Shown here one piece after another: positions 1 to 8,259 of a stretch of 64,000 bases of DNA. A program made the translations under genes and the position numbers. Location: the NCBI GenBank assembly GCA_963665235.2, contig CAXXLX010000001.1, positions 2,240,001 through 2,304,000 of the forward strand. Direction: 5' to 3'. Every line of letters starts with the position of its first letter. Within the stretch, counting starts at the first letter, position 1. The DNA is from Candidatus Poribacteria bacterium. GTDB lineage: Bacteria; Poribacteria; WGA-4E; WGA-3G. The notes beneath the pieces are model-generated. The model was not told the DNA's origin. It saw only the letters and a program-made list of their open reading frames with translations, and did no database searches.

Positions 1-1677
1 CGCCTCTGGAATATTGCCTCTGGCACCCCCTTGCAGACGCTTTCCGGCCATACAGATGTTGTCTTGAGTGTTGCGTTTAGTTTAGATGGTCGGACGCTTG
101 CCAGTGGAAGTGGTGACGGCACTGTCCGCCTCTGGGATGTTACCTCTGGCACCTCTCTACAGACGCTCACAGAACACACGGATGCCGTTTTTAGCGTTGC
201 GTTCAGTCCGGACGGTCGGACGCTTGCCAGTGGAAGTGGTGACGGCACTATCCGCCTCTATGATGCAACCACAGGACAGTCTCAGCGGACACTCATAGGA
301 CATACAGATTATGTTAGGAGCATTGCGTTTAGTCCAGATAGCGGCACGCTTGCCAGTGGAAGTGACGATGGTACTGTCCGTTTGTGGGATACCGCCTTCG
401 GTCTGAACAAGCAGACGTTCGTAGGGCATACAGATTATATTTTTAGTATCGCTTTCAGTCCGAATGGTAATACCGTAGCGAGTGGGAGTTTGGATGGTAC
501 AGTCCGCCTCTGGGATACTGTCTCCGGTCAAGCGTTGCAAACGCTCGATGGACATACAAGCGGTGTGCTAAGCGTTGCGTTCAGTTCGGATGGCACGCTT
601 GCTAGTGGAAGTTCGGATGGCACAGTGCTGTTGTGGGACCCCTCACTTGCAATGACCAGCTATGCAACTGTTGGGTTTTCGCCATCGCCAGTAGAATCAC
701 CTGCTATTGGTAAAAGGTTAACCTTTTCACTTAACATTGCGGACGGGGTGGCCGTGTCAGGCTATCAGGCGAATGTGCTATTTGATACTTCTGCCCTCCG
801 CTATGTTGAAAGTGCTAATTCGGATTATTTATCCGGAGACGCTTTCACAGTGGGAGCAGTCGTTTCGGAAGGCAGTGTGACGCTTGCGGCAACGTCTCTC
901 ACTGGCGAAAGCAGCGGGGCAGGCACGCTTGCAACCATCACTTTTGAGGTTGTCGACCCCAAGGCATCTATGTTAACGTTATCTGATGTGCTCCTCACTA
1001 ACAGGGCGGGCACCGTTTCTTACGCCAAAGTTGAAATTGGGCATATAACGGCACCTATGCTCAAGACAGGAGATGTCAATGGTGACGGTGTAGTGAATAT
1101 CCAAGATTTAACACTAGTTGCCTCAAACTTCACGCGGACCGGGGAAAATGTAGCGGACATTAACGAGGATGGTATCGTCAATATCGTAGATTTGGCTTTG
1201 GTTGCATCAGGACTGGAAAATACCGCGAGTGCACCCGGAATATGGACGAGCAACGCGGCGGCACTGCCAACAAGAACGGATGTACAAGAGTGGCTACGTG
1301 AAGCGCAACAAATCGCATTGCCTGATAGGGATTTTCAACACGGTATCCTTGTGCTGCAGCAGCTTCTTGAAACGTTGTCCCCGAAAGAGACAGCACTTCT
1401 TCCGAACTATCCAAACCCGTTCAATCCAGAGACGTGGATACCGTATCAACTGTCCAAAGCCGCGGATGTCACGATTAGCATCTATGCGTCAGATGGGAAC
1501 GTTATTCGGACGTTAGCGTTAGGGCATCGGGATGCGGGGATGTGTCACAACCGCAGCCAAGCCGCGTATTGGGATGGCAAAAACGAGTTAGGCGAGTCCG
1601 TAGCGAGCGGTGTGTATTTCTACACGCTTACCGCTGGTAAATTCTCCGCCACGCGCAAAATGCTCATCCTGAAATAG
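1..1677 (+). CDS. WD40-repeat protein with cohesin-like, dockerin and FlgD-Ig C-terminal domains (5'-partial)
   Basis: Frame is open from base 1 (RLWNIASGTPLQ). GHTD..SVAFSPDG.TLASGS.DGTVRLWD repeats, dockerin DVNGDGVVNIQDL/DINEDGIVNIVDL, and an NYPNPFNPETWIPY...AAYWDG...RKMLILK tail. Confidence 0.9.
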   Translation, partial: RLWNIASGTPLQTLSGHTDVVLSVAFSLDGRTLASGSGDGTVRLWDVTSGTSLQTLTEHTDAVFSVAFSPDGRTLASGSGDGTIRLYDATTGQSQRTLIGHTDYVRSIAFSPDSGTLASGSDDGTVRLWDTAFGLNKQTFVGHTDYIFSIAFSPNGNTVASGSLDGTVRLWDTVSGQALQTLDGHTSGVLSVAFSSDGTLASGSSDGTVLLWDPSLAMTSYATVGFSPSPVESPAIGKRLTFSLNIADGVAVSGYQANVLFDTSALRYVESANSDYLSGDAFTVGAVVSEGSVTLAATSLTGESSGAGTLATITFEVVDPKASMLTLSDVLLTNRAGTVSYAKVEIGHITAPMLKTGDVNGDGVVNIQDLTLVASNFTRTGENVADINEDGIVNIVDLALVASGLENTASAPGIWTSNAAALPTRTDVQEWLREAQQIALPDRDFQHGILVLQQLLETLSPKETALLPNYPNPFNPETWIPYQLSKAADVTISIYASDGNVIRTLALGHRDAGMCHNRSQAAYWDGKNELGESVASGVYFYTLTAGKFSATRKMLILK

Positions 1678-1751
1678 TATCATAGGACCTTATGATAGCT
1701 GGAGTGCTGTTGGCTTCGCTAGAAACTGTTGGAAACCGTTGGCCTGTTGGT

Positions 1752-1846
1752 TAATGGAAACCAGAAGTCTCTGACGCGTGTCAAAAACCTGCTTAGAATC
1801 ATAACCTCTTGCTAATTGCTAATTGCCAATTGCTAATCGCTAATTT
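1752..1846. repeat. Dispersed intergenic element (copy A) with GCTAATT/GCCAATT heptamer tail
   Basis: The core GGAAACCAGA..TGACGCGTGTCAAAAACCTG.TTAGAATCA.AAC..CTTGCTAATTGC recurs inverted at ~20705-20806 and ~38400-38510. Confidence 0.75.
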
Positions 1847-1851
1847 ATACA

Positions 1852-2991
1852 ATGTTTCAGAATATATCTGAAATTCTTACATTAAGTGCTTCTGCCGCTG
1901 TGCAGTGGCTCTTTTATCGGAAACGTTTACCGAAGGATTTCACGCCTGAACGGATTCTCGTCGTCAAACTTGACCATCTTGGCGATGTGCTGTTGGCAAC
2001 ACCGGTGTGCTCCAATTTACGTCAAACATATCCGAATGCAGAACTGCACGCGCTGGCTGGCGGGTGGAGCCGTGTTGTTTTAGAGCATCACCCGGATGTG
2101 GATAAGGTGCTTGAATACAATTCACCCTTTTTTTGTCGTTCGGGAAAACCGACGCGCTTCCGGGAAGCGGTGCAGCTCTACCGAGAATTACGGCATCAAA
2201 AATACGATTTGTTGATAGAGCTCCGGGGCGATTGGCGGACTGCGGGGTTTTCGCTCCTGCGGGTTACACCGAAACGACTTGCACGGGCAACGTTACAGGT
2301 TGCCAATAGGGTAGGTTTCAGAAAGTTCAGTGGAATACACGAAACAACCCGAAATCTGGATGTGTTGAGGCAGGCAGGCATCGCAACCCCGATGCAAACG
2401 CCTACCTTCAAGGTGCCAGAAGCGGCTGAAAAGTGGGCCTCTGATTTCCTGGCGGTCCATCGGATTAACCGAGCATATCCGCTGATTGTTGTCCATCCGG
2501 GGTCGCCGGTTGCGCTCAAAAGGTGGCTGCCCGAACGTTATGCGGAAGTGGCAGATTGGTTAATTGCCCGAAAACGTGCACAAATTGTATTTGTTGGGGT
2601 ACAAGATGAAATTCCGATAGTTAATGCCATTCAAGCGCGTATGCAGGGGGAATCCATTAATATTGCTGGCGAAACGTCTGTGATAGAATTGGCATCAATC
2701 TTGCAACTAGCTACAGTGTTTATCGGTAATGATAGCGGTCCGATGCACCTCGCTGCAGCAGTCGGGACCTGGACAATCGGACTGTATGGTCCAAGCGAGT
2801 CGGCTCGCTTTGGTCCGGTGGGGGCTTGGTGTGAAACGGTTCGTGGAACTACACCGTGTCCACCGTGTTCAGGTGAATTGTGCCGATTCGGGACAGCCGA
2901 ATGCATGCAGCAGATTCAGGTATCCGATGTGCTTCAGCGGCTCACGGAGATGGATTGCCTTGATAATTCGCCGCATTCAAGTTTAATTTGA
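1852..2991 (+). CDS. Glycosyltransferase family 9 (heptosyltransferase-like)
   Basis: ILVVKLDHLGDVLL, HPG...KRW and FIGNDSGPMHLAAAVG..TIGLYGPS motifs. Confidence 0.9.
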   Translation: MFQNISEILTLSASAAVQWLFYRKRLPKDFTPERILVVKLDHLGDVLLATPVCSNLRQTYPNAELHALAGGWSRVVLEHHPDVDKVLEYNSPFFCRSGKPTRFREAVQLYRELRHQKYDLLIELRGDWRTAGFSLLRVTPKRLARATLQVANRVGFRKFSGIHETTRNLDVLRQAGIATPMQTPTFKVPEAAEKWASDFLAVHRINRAYPLIVVHPGSPVALKRWLPERYAEVADWLIARKRAQIVFVGVQDEIPIVNAIQARMQGESINIAGETSVIELASILQLATVFIGNDSGPMHLAAAVGTWTIGLYGPSESARFGPVGAWCETVRGTTPCPPCSGELCRFGTAECMQQIQVSDVLQRLTEMDCLDNSPHSSLI

Positions 2992-3016
2992 CATATTTTT
3001 GGATATAGTCTATAAT
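2988..3016 (+). promoter_or_regulatory. Consensus sigma70 promoter
   Basis: TTGACA (2988-2993), 17-bp spacer, TATAAT (3011-3016). Confidence 0.7.
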
Positions 3017-3071
3017 GTTTTCGTAGAATTCTTCATTATTTAAGCAGCGATTCAAAATGCTGTACATAAAC

Positions 3072-3118
3072 TGCACCGTTACGTGCAGTTTTTAAGGTGA
3101 GCTGCACGAAACGGTGCA
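3072..3118. promoter_or_regulatory. Tandem palindromic TGCAC-N6-GTGCA sites, putative enhancer-binding-protein UAS
   Basis: TGCACcgttacGTGCA at 3072-3087 and TGCACgaaacgGTGCA at 3103-3118. They are 31 bp apart and lie upstream of a sigma54 motif. Confidence 0.65.
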
Positions 3119-3170
3119 GTTTTTCGATACGGATGTCGGGATTATGGGCAAATAACCTAACTTTTACTAT

Positions 3171-3186
3171 TGGCACGAAACTTGCA
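3171..3186 (+). promoter_or_regulatory. sigma54 (-24/-12) promoter
   Basis: TGGCACGAAACTTGCA matches TGGCAC-N5-TTGC. Confidence 0.8.
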
Positions 3187-3235
3187 TATAGTTCCACATA
3201 ACATCAAAACTTAATTTTTTTGTGAGGTAAAACGA

Positions 3236-4717
3236 ATGAGTGCAAAAAGAATGTCCGGAGCCTTAATGACTTCTATTATGCTTCACGTAGCGATAGCGTT
3301 GGTGGCAGGTTTTTACCTGGTCACTAAAACGCAAAAATTCAAGGACCTCGTTGGTGCTGAAGTGCTACAGACGAAAGAAGCCCCGAAGCCTAAGGTTCGG
3401 AAACCTATAATCAAACCTGTTATTAAACCTACACTTCCTACGCAAAATACCGTTGTGGTTGAACAAGTTCAGGTGCAACCGCGTGTAACGACCGCACTTG
3501 CCGCGAAACCAACGGATTTCCAACCGCAGACGGTGCTGGAATTTTCAAATCAACCTGTTAAGGTAAATGCACCGATTAATCCGAATGTGCCGAAGGTTGT
3601 GACCCCGAACACGCCTGTTCCGGAGGTAGTTACACATACCGATTTGCCTGTATCCGACGCGCCTTCAGCTTTGGCGTTTGCTGGTCCGGCTGCGAATCCA
3701 CCTTCAGCGGGTCCCGCTCACATTGCGCGGGGTGTTGCTGGAAGTCCTGTTCAGGTGAAAGTCACCTTTGAACGTCCGCCCGGTCTTGCGATGGTTGCCA
3801 ACGTAGGTGCTGAGGGCGACGCGCTCGGTAATGTCATAGAGAATATTACGCTCGGAAACGTTGAAGTGCCACCTCTGCCCAGAGGCGAACCCGGTGGTCG
3901 TGTTATCGGCAAGGGCCGTGATATTCGCGGTGTTTTCCGTTTCACACGTATTCGCCACACGCTCTCTGACTGGTGGGCAGACGCTTCCTCCCTGAACGCG
4001 CTTGCCAAATGGCTCAACGAGAAAACCAAAATCAAAACGGACATGAACGTTGAAGGTGGCGCGCTGAAACTGACAGATGCGAACCTACTAAAGACCCCGT
4101 TAGTCTTCCTGACAGGTCACGACCCATCTCTTGTGAAGGAGAAAGGGTTGCTCGGTAGTCAGCATGGTGGCGGTAAAATGGATAACCGTTTCACCGAAAC
4201 CGAAGCCGCTGGACTGCGTAAATACCTCGTTGAAAAAGGTGGATTTCTCATCTTTGACGATTGTGGTGTAAATGCACCTGCACAGGCAATGGTTCGTCTG
4301 TTCCTACAGCAGATGCGGTATGTGATGCCTGAGCATCAAATCGAACGTATCTCCAACGACCATGAGATTTATGACAACTTCTACGAAATGGGCGGTCCCC
4401 CTGTCGGTTACGATATTTTCTGGTGGGGTACTAAACCGAAGAAGCGTAACTTCCTTGAAGGCGTTTCGGTTGGTGATAAGTTGTCCGTTATCGTTGTTCG
4501 CCGAGATTACATGTGTGCGATGGAGGCAGTAAGTCTTCCGACGCGTGCGGTTCATTATTCACCCGGTGTGTATCGTTTCATGACAAACGTAGTTGTGTAT
4601 GCGTTGACACACGGTAACATCGCTGATTACTCCGGCTATGTGCCTGAAGACACCTTAGCGAAACGTGAGCTTCCGACACGTGCACCCGAAGCTGCGAAAA
4701 TCGGTGCCGTTGAATAA
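3236..4717 (+). CDS. Membrane-anchored Pro-rich linker + DUF4159-like domain protein (copy 1)
   Basis: N-terminal TM helix (SIMLHVAIALVAG), TonB-like P/K/V-rich linker, and C-terminal PLVFLTGH..LRKYLVEKGGFLIFDDC..HEIY..FMTNVVVYALTH typical of DUF4159. Confidence 0.75.
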   Translation: MSAKRMSGALMTSIMLHVAIALVAGFYLVTKTQKFKDLVGAEVLQTKEAPKPKVRKPIIKPVIKPTLPTQNTVVVEQVQVQPRVTTALAAKPTDFQPQTVLEFSNQPVKVNAPINPNVPKVVTPNTPVPEVVTHTDLPVSDAPSALAFAGPAANPPSAGPAHIARGVAGSPVQVKVTFERPPGLAMVANVGAEGDALGNVIENITLGNVEVPPLPRGEPGGRVIGKGRDIRGVFRFTRIRHTLSDWWADASSLNALAKWLNEKTKIKTDMNVEGGALKLTDANLLKTPLVFLTGHDPSLVKEKGLLGSQHGGGKMDNRFTETEAAGLRKYLVEKGGFLIFDDCGVNAPAQAMVRLFLQQMRYVMPEHQIERISNDHEIYDNFYEMGGPPVGYDIFWWGTKPKKRNFLEGVSVGDKLSVIVVRRDYMCAMEAVSLPTRAVHYSPGVYRFMTNVVVYALTHGNIADYSGYVPEDTLAKRELPTRAPEAAKIGAVE

Positions 4718-4727
4718 AAGTAGTGTT

Positions 4728-4782
4728 TTGGCTCATGTTAGAGGCTTGCGCGCTTTTTACATGAGCCAACCCCTCTTTCTTT
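4728..4782 (+). terminator. Hairpin / intrinsic terminator after DUF4159 copy 1
   Basis: TTGGCTCATGT ... ACATGAGCCAA stem followed by a pyrimidine/U-rich run. Confidence 0.55.
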
Positions 4783-5012
4783 GACACAAAGGCATCTCTA
4801 TCTTACAATGAAAATAGTGTGATAAAACATCAATCGGAACTGGAAAGTCAACTCAAACATGTGAACGCAGAAATAGAGAAAATCAAAATAGTTTTGAAAA
4901 CGCAATTCAACCTGCACATCTAACTATTTGATAAAATGTCAAAAAAAATGTTGCGCAGAAAATGTAGCTCCGTTTATAATACTTGAACAGGTGAGAAATC
5001 ACTTCAGAGTGA

Positions 5013-5041
5013 TTGACATATTTTGTGTTGTTCTGTAAAAT
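5013..5041 (+). promoter_or_regulatory. sigma70-like promoter of the cassette
   Basis: TTGACA-17-TAAAAT. A second one, TTGACA-17-TACAAT, lies at 4781-4809. Confidence 0.55.
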
Positions 5042-5170
5042 GACAACAAGGTGTTCTCAATGCACGGCAAAGGTGCGTTACACCGGGGCACGTTTCCCCC
5101 CTTGGGAGGAGCGCTGACAGTGCTAACAGCTTTAAAAGCACCATCCGCGCGTAGCCCATATCATAGTATA

Positions 5171-6099
5171 ACCCAAGTTGCTAGTAATAAATCCCTTTGA
5201 TATCCATGGGATTTGCTGTATAATGTCTTTGTGACAATAAAACAAAAGGAGAAACCCCATGGATTTAACCATTGTAGCAGTTTACACAATTTGTGACGAC
5301 CTTTTAATCTCAATAGGACATAAAACCCATCCCAAGGCACAAATGACAGATGCTGAAGTGATGACAACTGCGATTATCGCAGCACGGTATTTTGGAGGCA
5401 ATCATCAAAGAGCCTGTAGTGTTCTGAAAACCTTCGGATACATTCCGAATATGTTAGGGTATTCCCGATACAATCGGAGGCTTCATAAGATACCGCATTT
5501 ATTTCAAACACTTTTTGGATATATGTCGGAGGTATCTAAAGCCACTAACCCGAATGGTATTTATTCGATTGACACCTATCCGGTATCCGTATGTGACAAC
5601 ATCCGGCGGATTAGCCGCTGCCGTCTCTATCAAGGCGAACAATGGCGTGGCACCATCCATAGTAAACACCGCCACTTTTATGGTCTCAAAGTGCATCTGA
5701 TGGTGACCGAAGCGGGACACATCGTTGAGGTTTTCTTCACCCCCGGCAAGTGGAACGATGTCCGGGGGATGCGATACTTCCCATTTGATGTGCCTGATGG
5801 TTCGGTGATATATGCCGATAAGGCATATTGCAACTATGCGATTGAAGACGCACTCCAGGATGTAGGGATTACTTTCAAACCGCTTCGGAAGAAGAATCTC
5901 AAGCGTCAGTTTCCGCCTTGGGAGGTCTCCTTACAACATTATTACAGAAAACGGGTTGAAGTGACAAATAGTCTGATTACACAACTCTTACCCAAGTCAA
6001 TACATGCAGTGACACCGACAGGTTTTGAGTTGAAAGTGTTTTTATTTATCATCGCAACAAATGGACAACAACTTTATGGCGATAACTAGCAACTTAGGT
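5171..6099 (+). mobile_element. IS982-family insertion sequence
   Basis: Terminal inverted repeats ACCCAAGTTGCTAGTAAT / ATAACTAGCAACTTAGGT. 7-bp target duplication TAGTATA at 5164-5170 and 6100-6106. Confidence 0.9.
5259..6089 (+). CDS. IS982-family DDE transposase
   Basis: MTDAEV, SIDTYPV..C, FYGLKVHL, YADKAY and RKRVE motifs. Confidence 0.9.
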   Translation: MDLTIVAVYTICDDLLISIGHKTHPKAQMTDAEVMTTAIIAARYFGGNHQRACSVLKTFGYIPNMLGYSRYNRRLHKIPHLFQTLFGYMSEVSKATNPNGIYSIDTYPVSVCDNIRRISRCRLYQGEQWRGTIHSKHRHFYGLKVHLMVTEAGHIVEVFFTPGKWNDVRGMRYFPFDVPDGSVIYADKAYCNYAIEDALQDVGITFKPLRKKNLKRQFPPWEVSLQHYYRKRVEVTNSLITQLLPKSIHAVTPTGFELKVFLFIIATNGQQLYGDN

Positions 6100-6458
6100 T
6101 AGTATAGTATGATAGGGCTGGTTTTCATGGTATCACAAGCTTGTGATAATTGAAATATGAAAGCCAGCGTTGCCCGAAGGTTAGAGTCGGTAGCGACTGT
6201 TTCGTTTCACTTTTTCCTGCCCCCCCCTCTCACCTTTAGGGACTGTCAAAATCAAAACAGACCGGTGAAAGTTAGATACATTTACTTTCACACATCAAAC
6301 TGATAAAGGAGACTTTCAAGTGTTATTTTTAAGGAATATGATGGACAATCACAAGATATTAACTGCAATCCTTGTGATTTACTTCTGTTTATTTTTGGGA
6401 GTATATCAGGCCGTTGCTATATTTTGGAAAATCATTGGTGTTATAGTAGATTTTAGAA

Positions 6459-6998
6459 TTACGTATACATATTGATAATCTCGGTGAGTGACTTATCTGC
6501 GTTATATTTCCGGAGCCGCTTAATGTTGGCGAAGTCCTGTTCAATCGGATTGTAGTCCGGAGAATACGGGGGCAAAAACAAAAGGGTCGCCCCTGTTGCT
6601 TCTATCAGTTCTCTACTTCGCGCCGTTTTGTGAAAAGTCGCATTGTCCATTATCACTGTGTGCGATGCTGTGAGATGCGGGCATAAGTCTTTTGATAACC
6701 AAGTGTTGAAACGCTCGGCATTGCAGCTGCCTTTGAATAAGGTGTGTGCCGCAAACTTCCCCTCTATTCGTGCAGCTATCATATTCGTTTTGGGATGTTT
6801 TTGACCGGTAACTAATGCACGAACAGGGACACCTATAGGGGCATACCCATAAGGTCTAAAAGTCTCTGGCATAAAACTGCATTCGTCCACAAAAACTAAG
6901 GACTTCCCGTTCTGTTGTTCTATTTGCAACTGTTTTTGATAGGTTTGACGCTTTTGAGGGCAGCGCTCCTTATACCCTATTGTCGCCCGAAGCGGCAA
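6459..6998 (-). CDS. IS630 transposase orfB (DDE), fused to orfA by programmed frameshift
   Basis: VFVDE, VIMDNATFH and FLPPYSPDYNPIE motifs. An A9G run at ~7009-7018 on the minus strand sits in the overlap region. Confidence 0.9.
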   Translation of the reverse strand: MPLRATIGYKERCPQKRQTYQKQLQIEQQNGKSLVFVDECSFMPETFRPYGYAPIGVPVRALVTGQKHPKTNMIAARIEGKFAAHTLFKGSCNAERFNTWLSKDLCPHLTASHTVIMDNATFHKTARSRELIEATGATLLFLPPYSPDYNPIEQDFANIKRLRKYNADKSLTEIINMYT

Positions 6999-7317
6999 CA
7001 GCGGAAGACTTTTTTTTTCGCGTAAAACCCATTTTTTTCAATGTATACCAAATACAGAAGGTGGATACCTCGAAGTGATTTGCCCGCTCTGCGAGTGTTT
7101 GATCTGGAAAATCGGTAGCGTGTTTTCGGAGTGCCTCAACAGAGAGTGCCCGGGGGCCTCGGGGGCCCGGTTTTTCATAAGTGAAAGGGTCTTCGGCAGA
7201 GAGCCACCGGTAAATGATAGTGCGGGAAACAGAAAAGCGTTTCGATGCTTCTGTTTTACTGCCACCTGCTTCAATAAAATCTAAGACGCGTTTACGTAAA
7301 TCCTTGGAATATCTCAT
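6970..7317 (-). CDS. IS630 transposase orfA (HTH)
   Basis: MRYSKDLRKRVL...ASKRFSVSRTIIYRW. Ends at TRKKK over an A-run slippery site. Confidence 0.9.
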   Translation of the reverse strand: MRYSKDLRKRVLDFIEAGGSKTEASKRFSVSRTIIYRWLSAEDPFTYEKPGPRGPRALSVEALRKHATDFPDQTLAERANHFEVSTFCIWYTLKKMGFTRKKKSSAVAASGDNRV

Positions 7318-8259
7318 AATATATGAAGTATACCAAATGCAGAAAAAAATGTCAACGTATTTCCATAATCTACTATATCTTAGGCATTATAACTGTCATA
7401 CAACTTATTCAGGAGGCGATAAAGTCTTTGGAAGAAAAGATTGCAGCAAAGGAGGCTGAAATTACGAGGTTAGATAAGCTCGCGGACTGGTGGTTTGATG
7501 AGTATAAAAGAAGGCGTGCTGTAATGAAGCAACGGGAACGGGAAGTTAATTCGGCACGGAGAGCTTACAATGCAGCCGTAACTGCTTATAATTCTGCGGT
7601 GACGGCAGAAAAGGCTGCTGGACGTTCTTATAGGACTGCCGCTCATTATGCTCAAATGGCACAAAGAGATTATATGAATCATGTTCAGTGGTGTTCTACG
7701 TGTCGGGGCTCCATGTTATGTCCGATTGGACAGAATCTACATGCGGCTTGGCAATCGTGGGAAAAAGCGAAAAAAGATGCGAAGGTGGCTTGGGATAACG
7801 CAAAGGCTCAGGTCAAGTCTGCAAGAAGTGCGAAAAAAGCTGCGAAGGAAACATTAGACATAGCCCTGTTCAATTTAGGTTCTGCAAGGATGCTGGCTAA
7901 TGCAGCATTAGCTCAGGCGCGTGCTCTTAACAAAGCAGTTGACAAATTACGTGCCGAACTTAAACCTCTGATGGTAAAAAAAGCAATAAAAGATGCTGAG
8001 CTTGCAAAGGCTATGGGTGACTTAGCGGAAGCGAAACGAAAGCTTGACGAGGCGGAACGGGATTATCCTGACCAGTGGCGCGAATCTATGAAAGATCCTA
8101 ATTTTAGGCAGGATGTTGATAGGATTAGAAATTTTTAGATTCATTAACGGTGAACCTTGAAAGGTCACATTTTCTGTCCGAGCGATCTCCGCATTGTGAC
8201 GCACCTCACAGAGCGTCGGGACTCGGAGTTCTCTCGGACACGAGAAAGGAGTATAAAAA

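Larger units (their letters stand above)
3127..4743 (+). repeat. Direct repeat copy 1 (~1.6 kb); partner at 11650-13266
   Basis: Constant offset of 8523 bp from ATACGGATGTCGGG to TTGGCTCAT.TTAGAG. Confidence 0.95.
6444..7375 (-). mobile_element. IS630-family insertion sequence
   Basis: TIRs TAGTAGATTTTAGAATTACG / CGTATTTCCATAATCTACTA. TA target duplication at 6442-6443 and 7376-7377. Confidence 0.9.
6338..8138 (+). pseudogene. Secreted Ala/Lys-rich coiled-coil protein (~288 aa) interrupted by IS630
   Basis: AAGGA RBS and ATG at 6338 give MMDNHKILTAILVIYFCLFLGVYQAVAIFWKIIGV. Removing the IS630 plus one TA joins this in frame to ILGIITVIQ of ORF 7323-8138. Confidence 0.85.

Noticed and set aside
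7323-7377. Start of ORF 7323-8138
   Set aside because: It lies inside the IS630 end. The true start is 6338.
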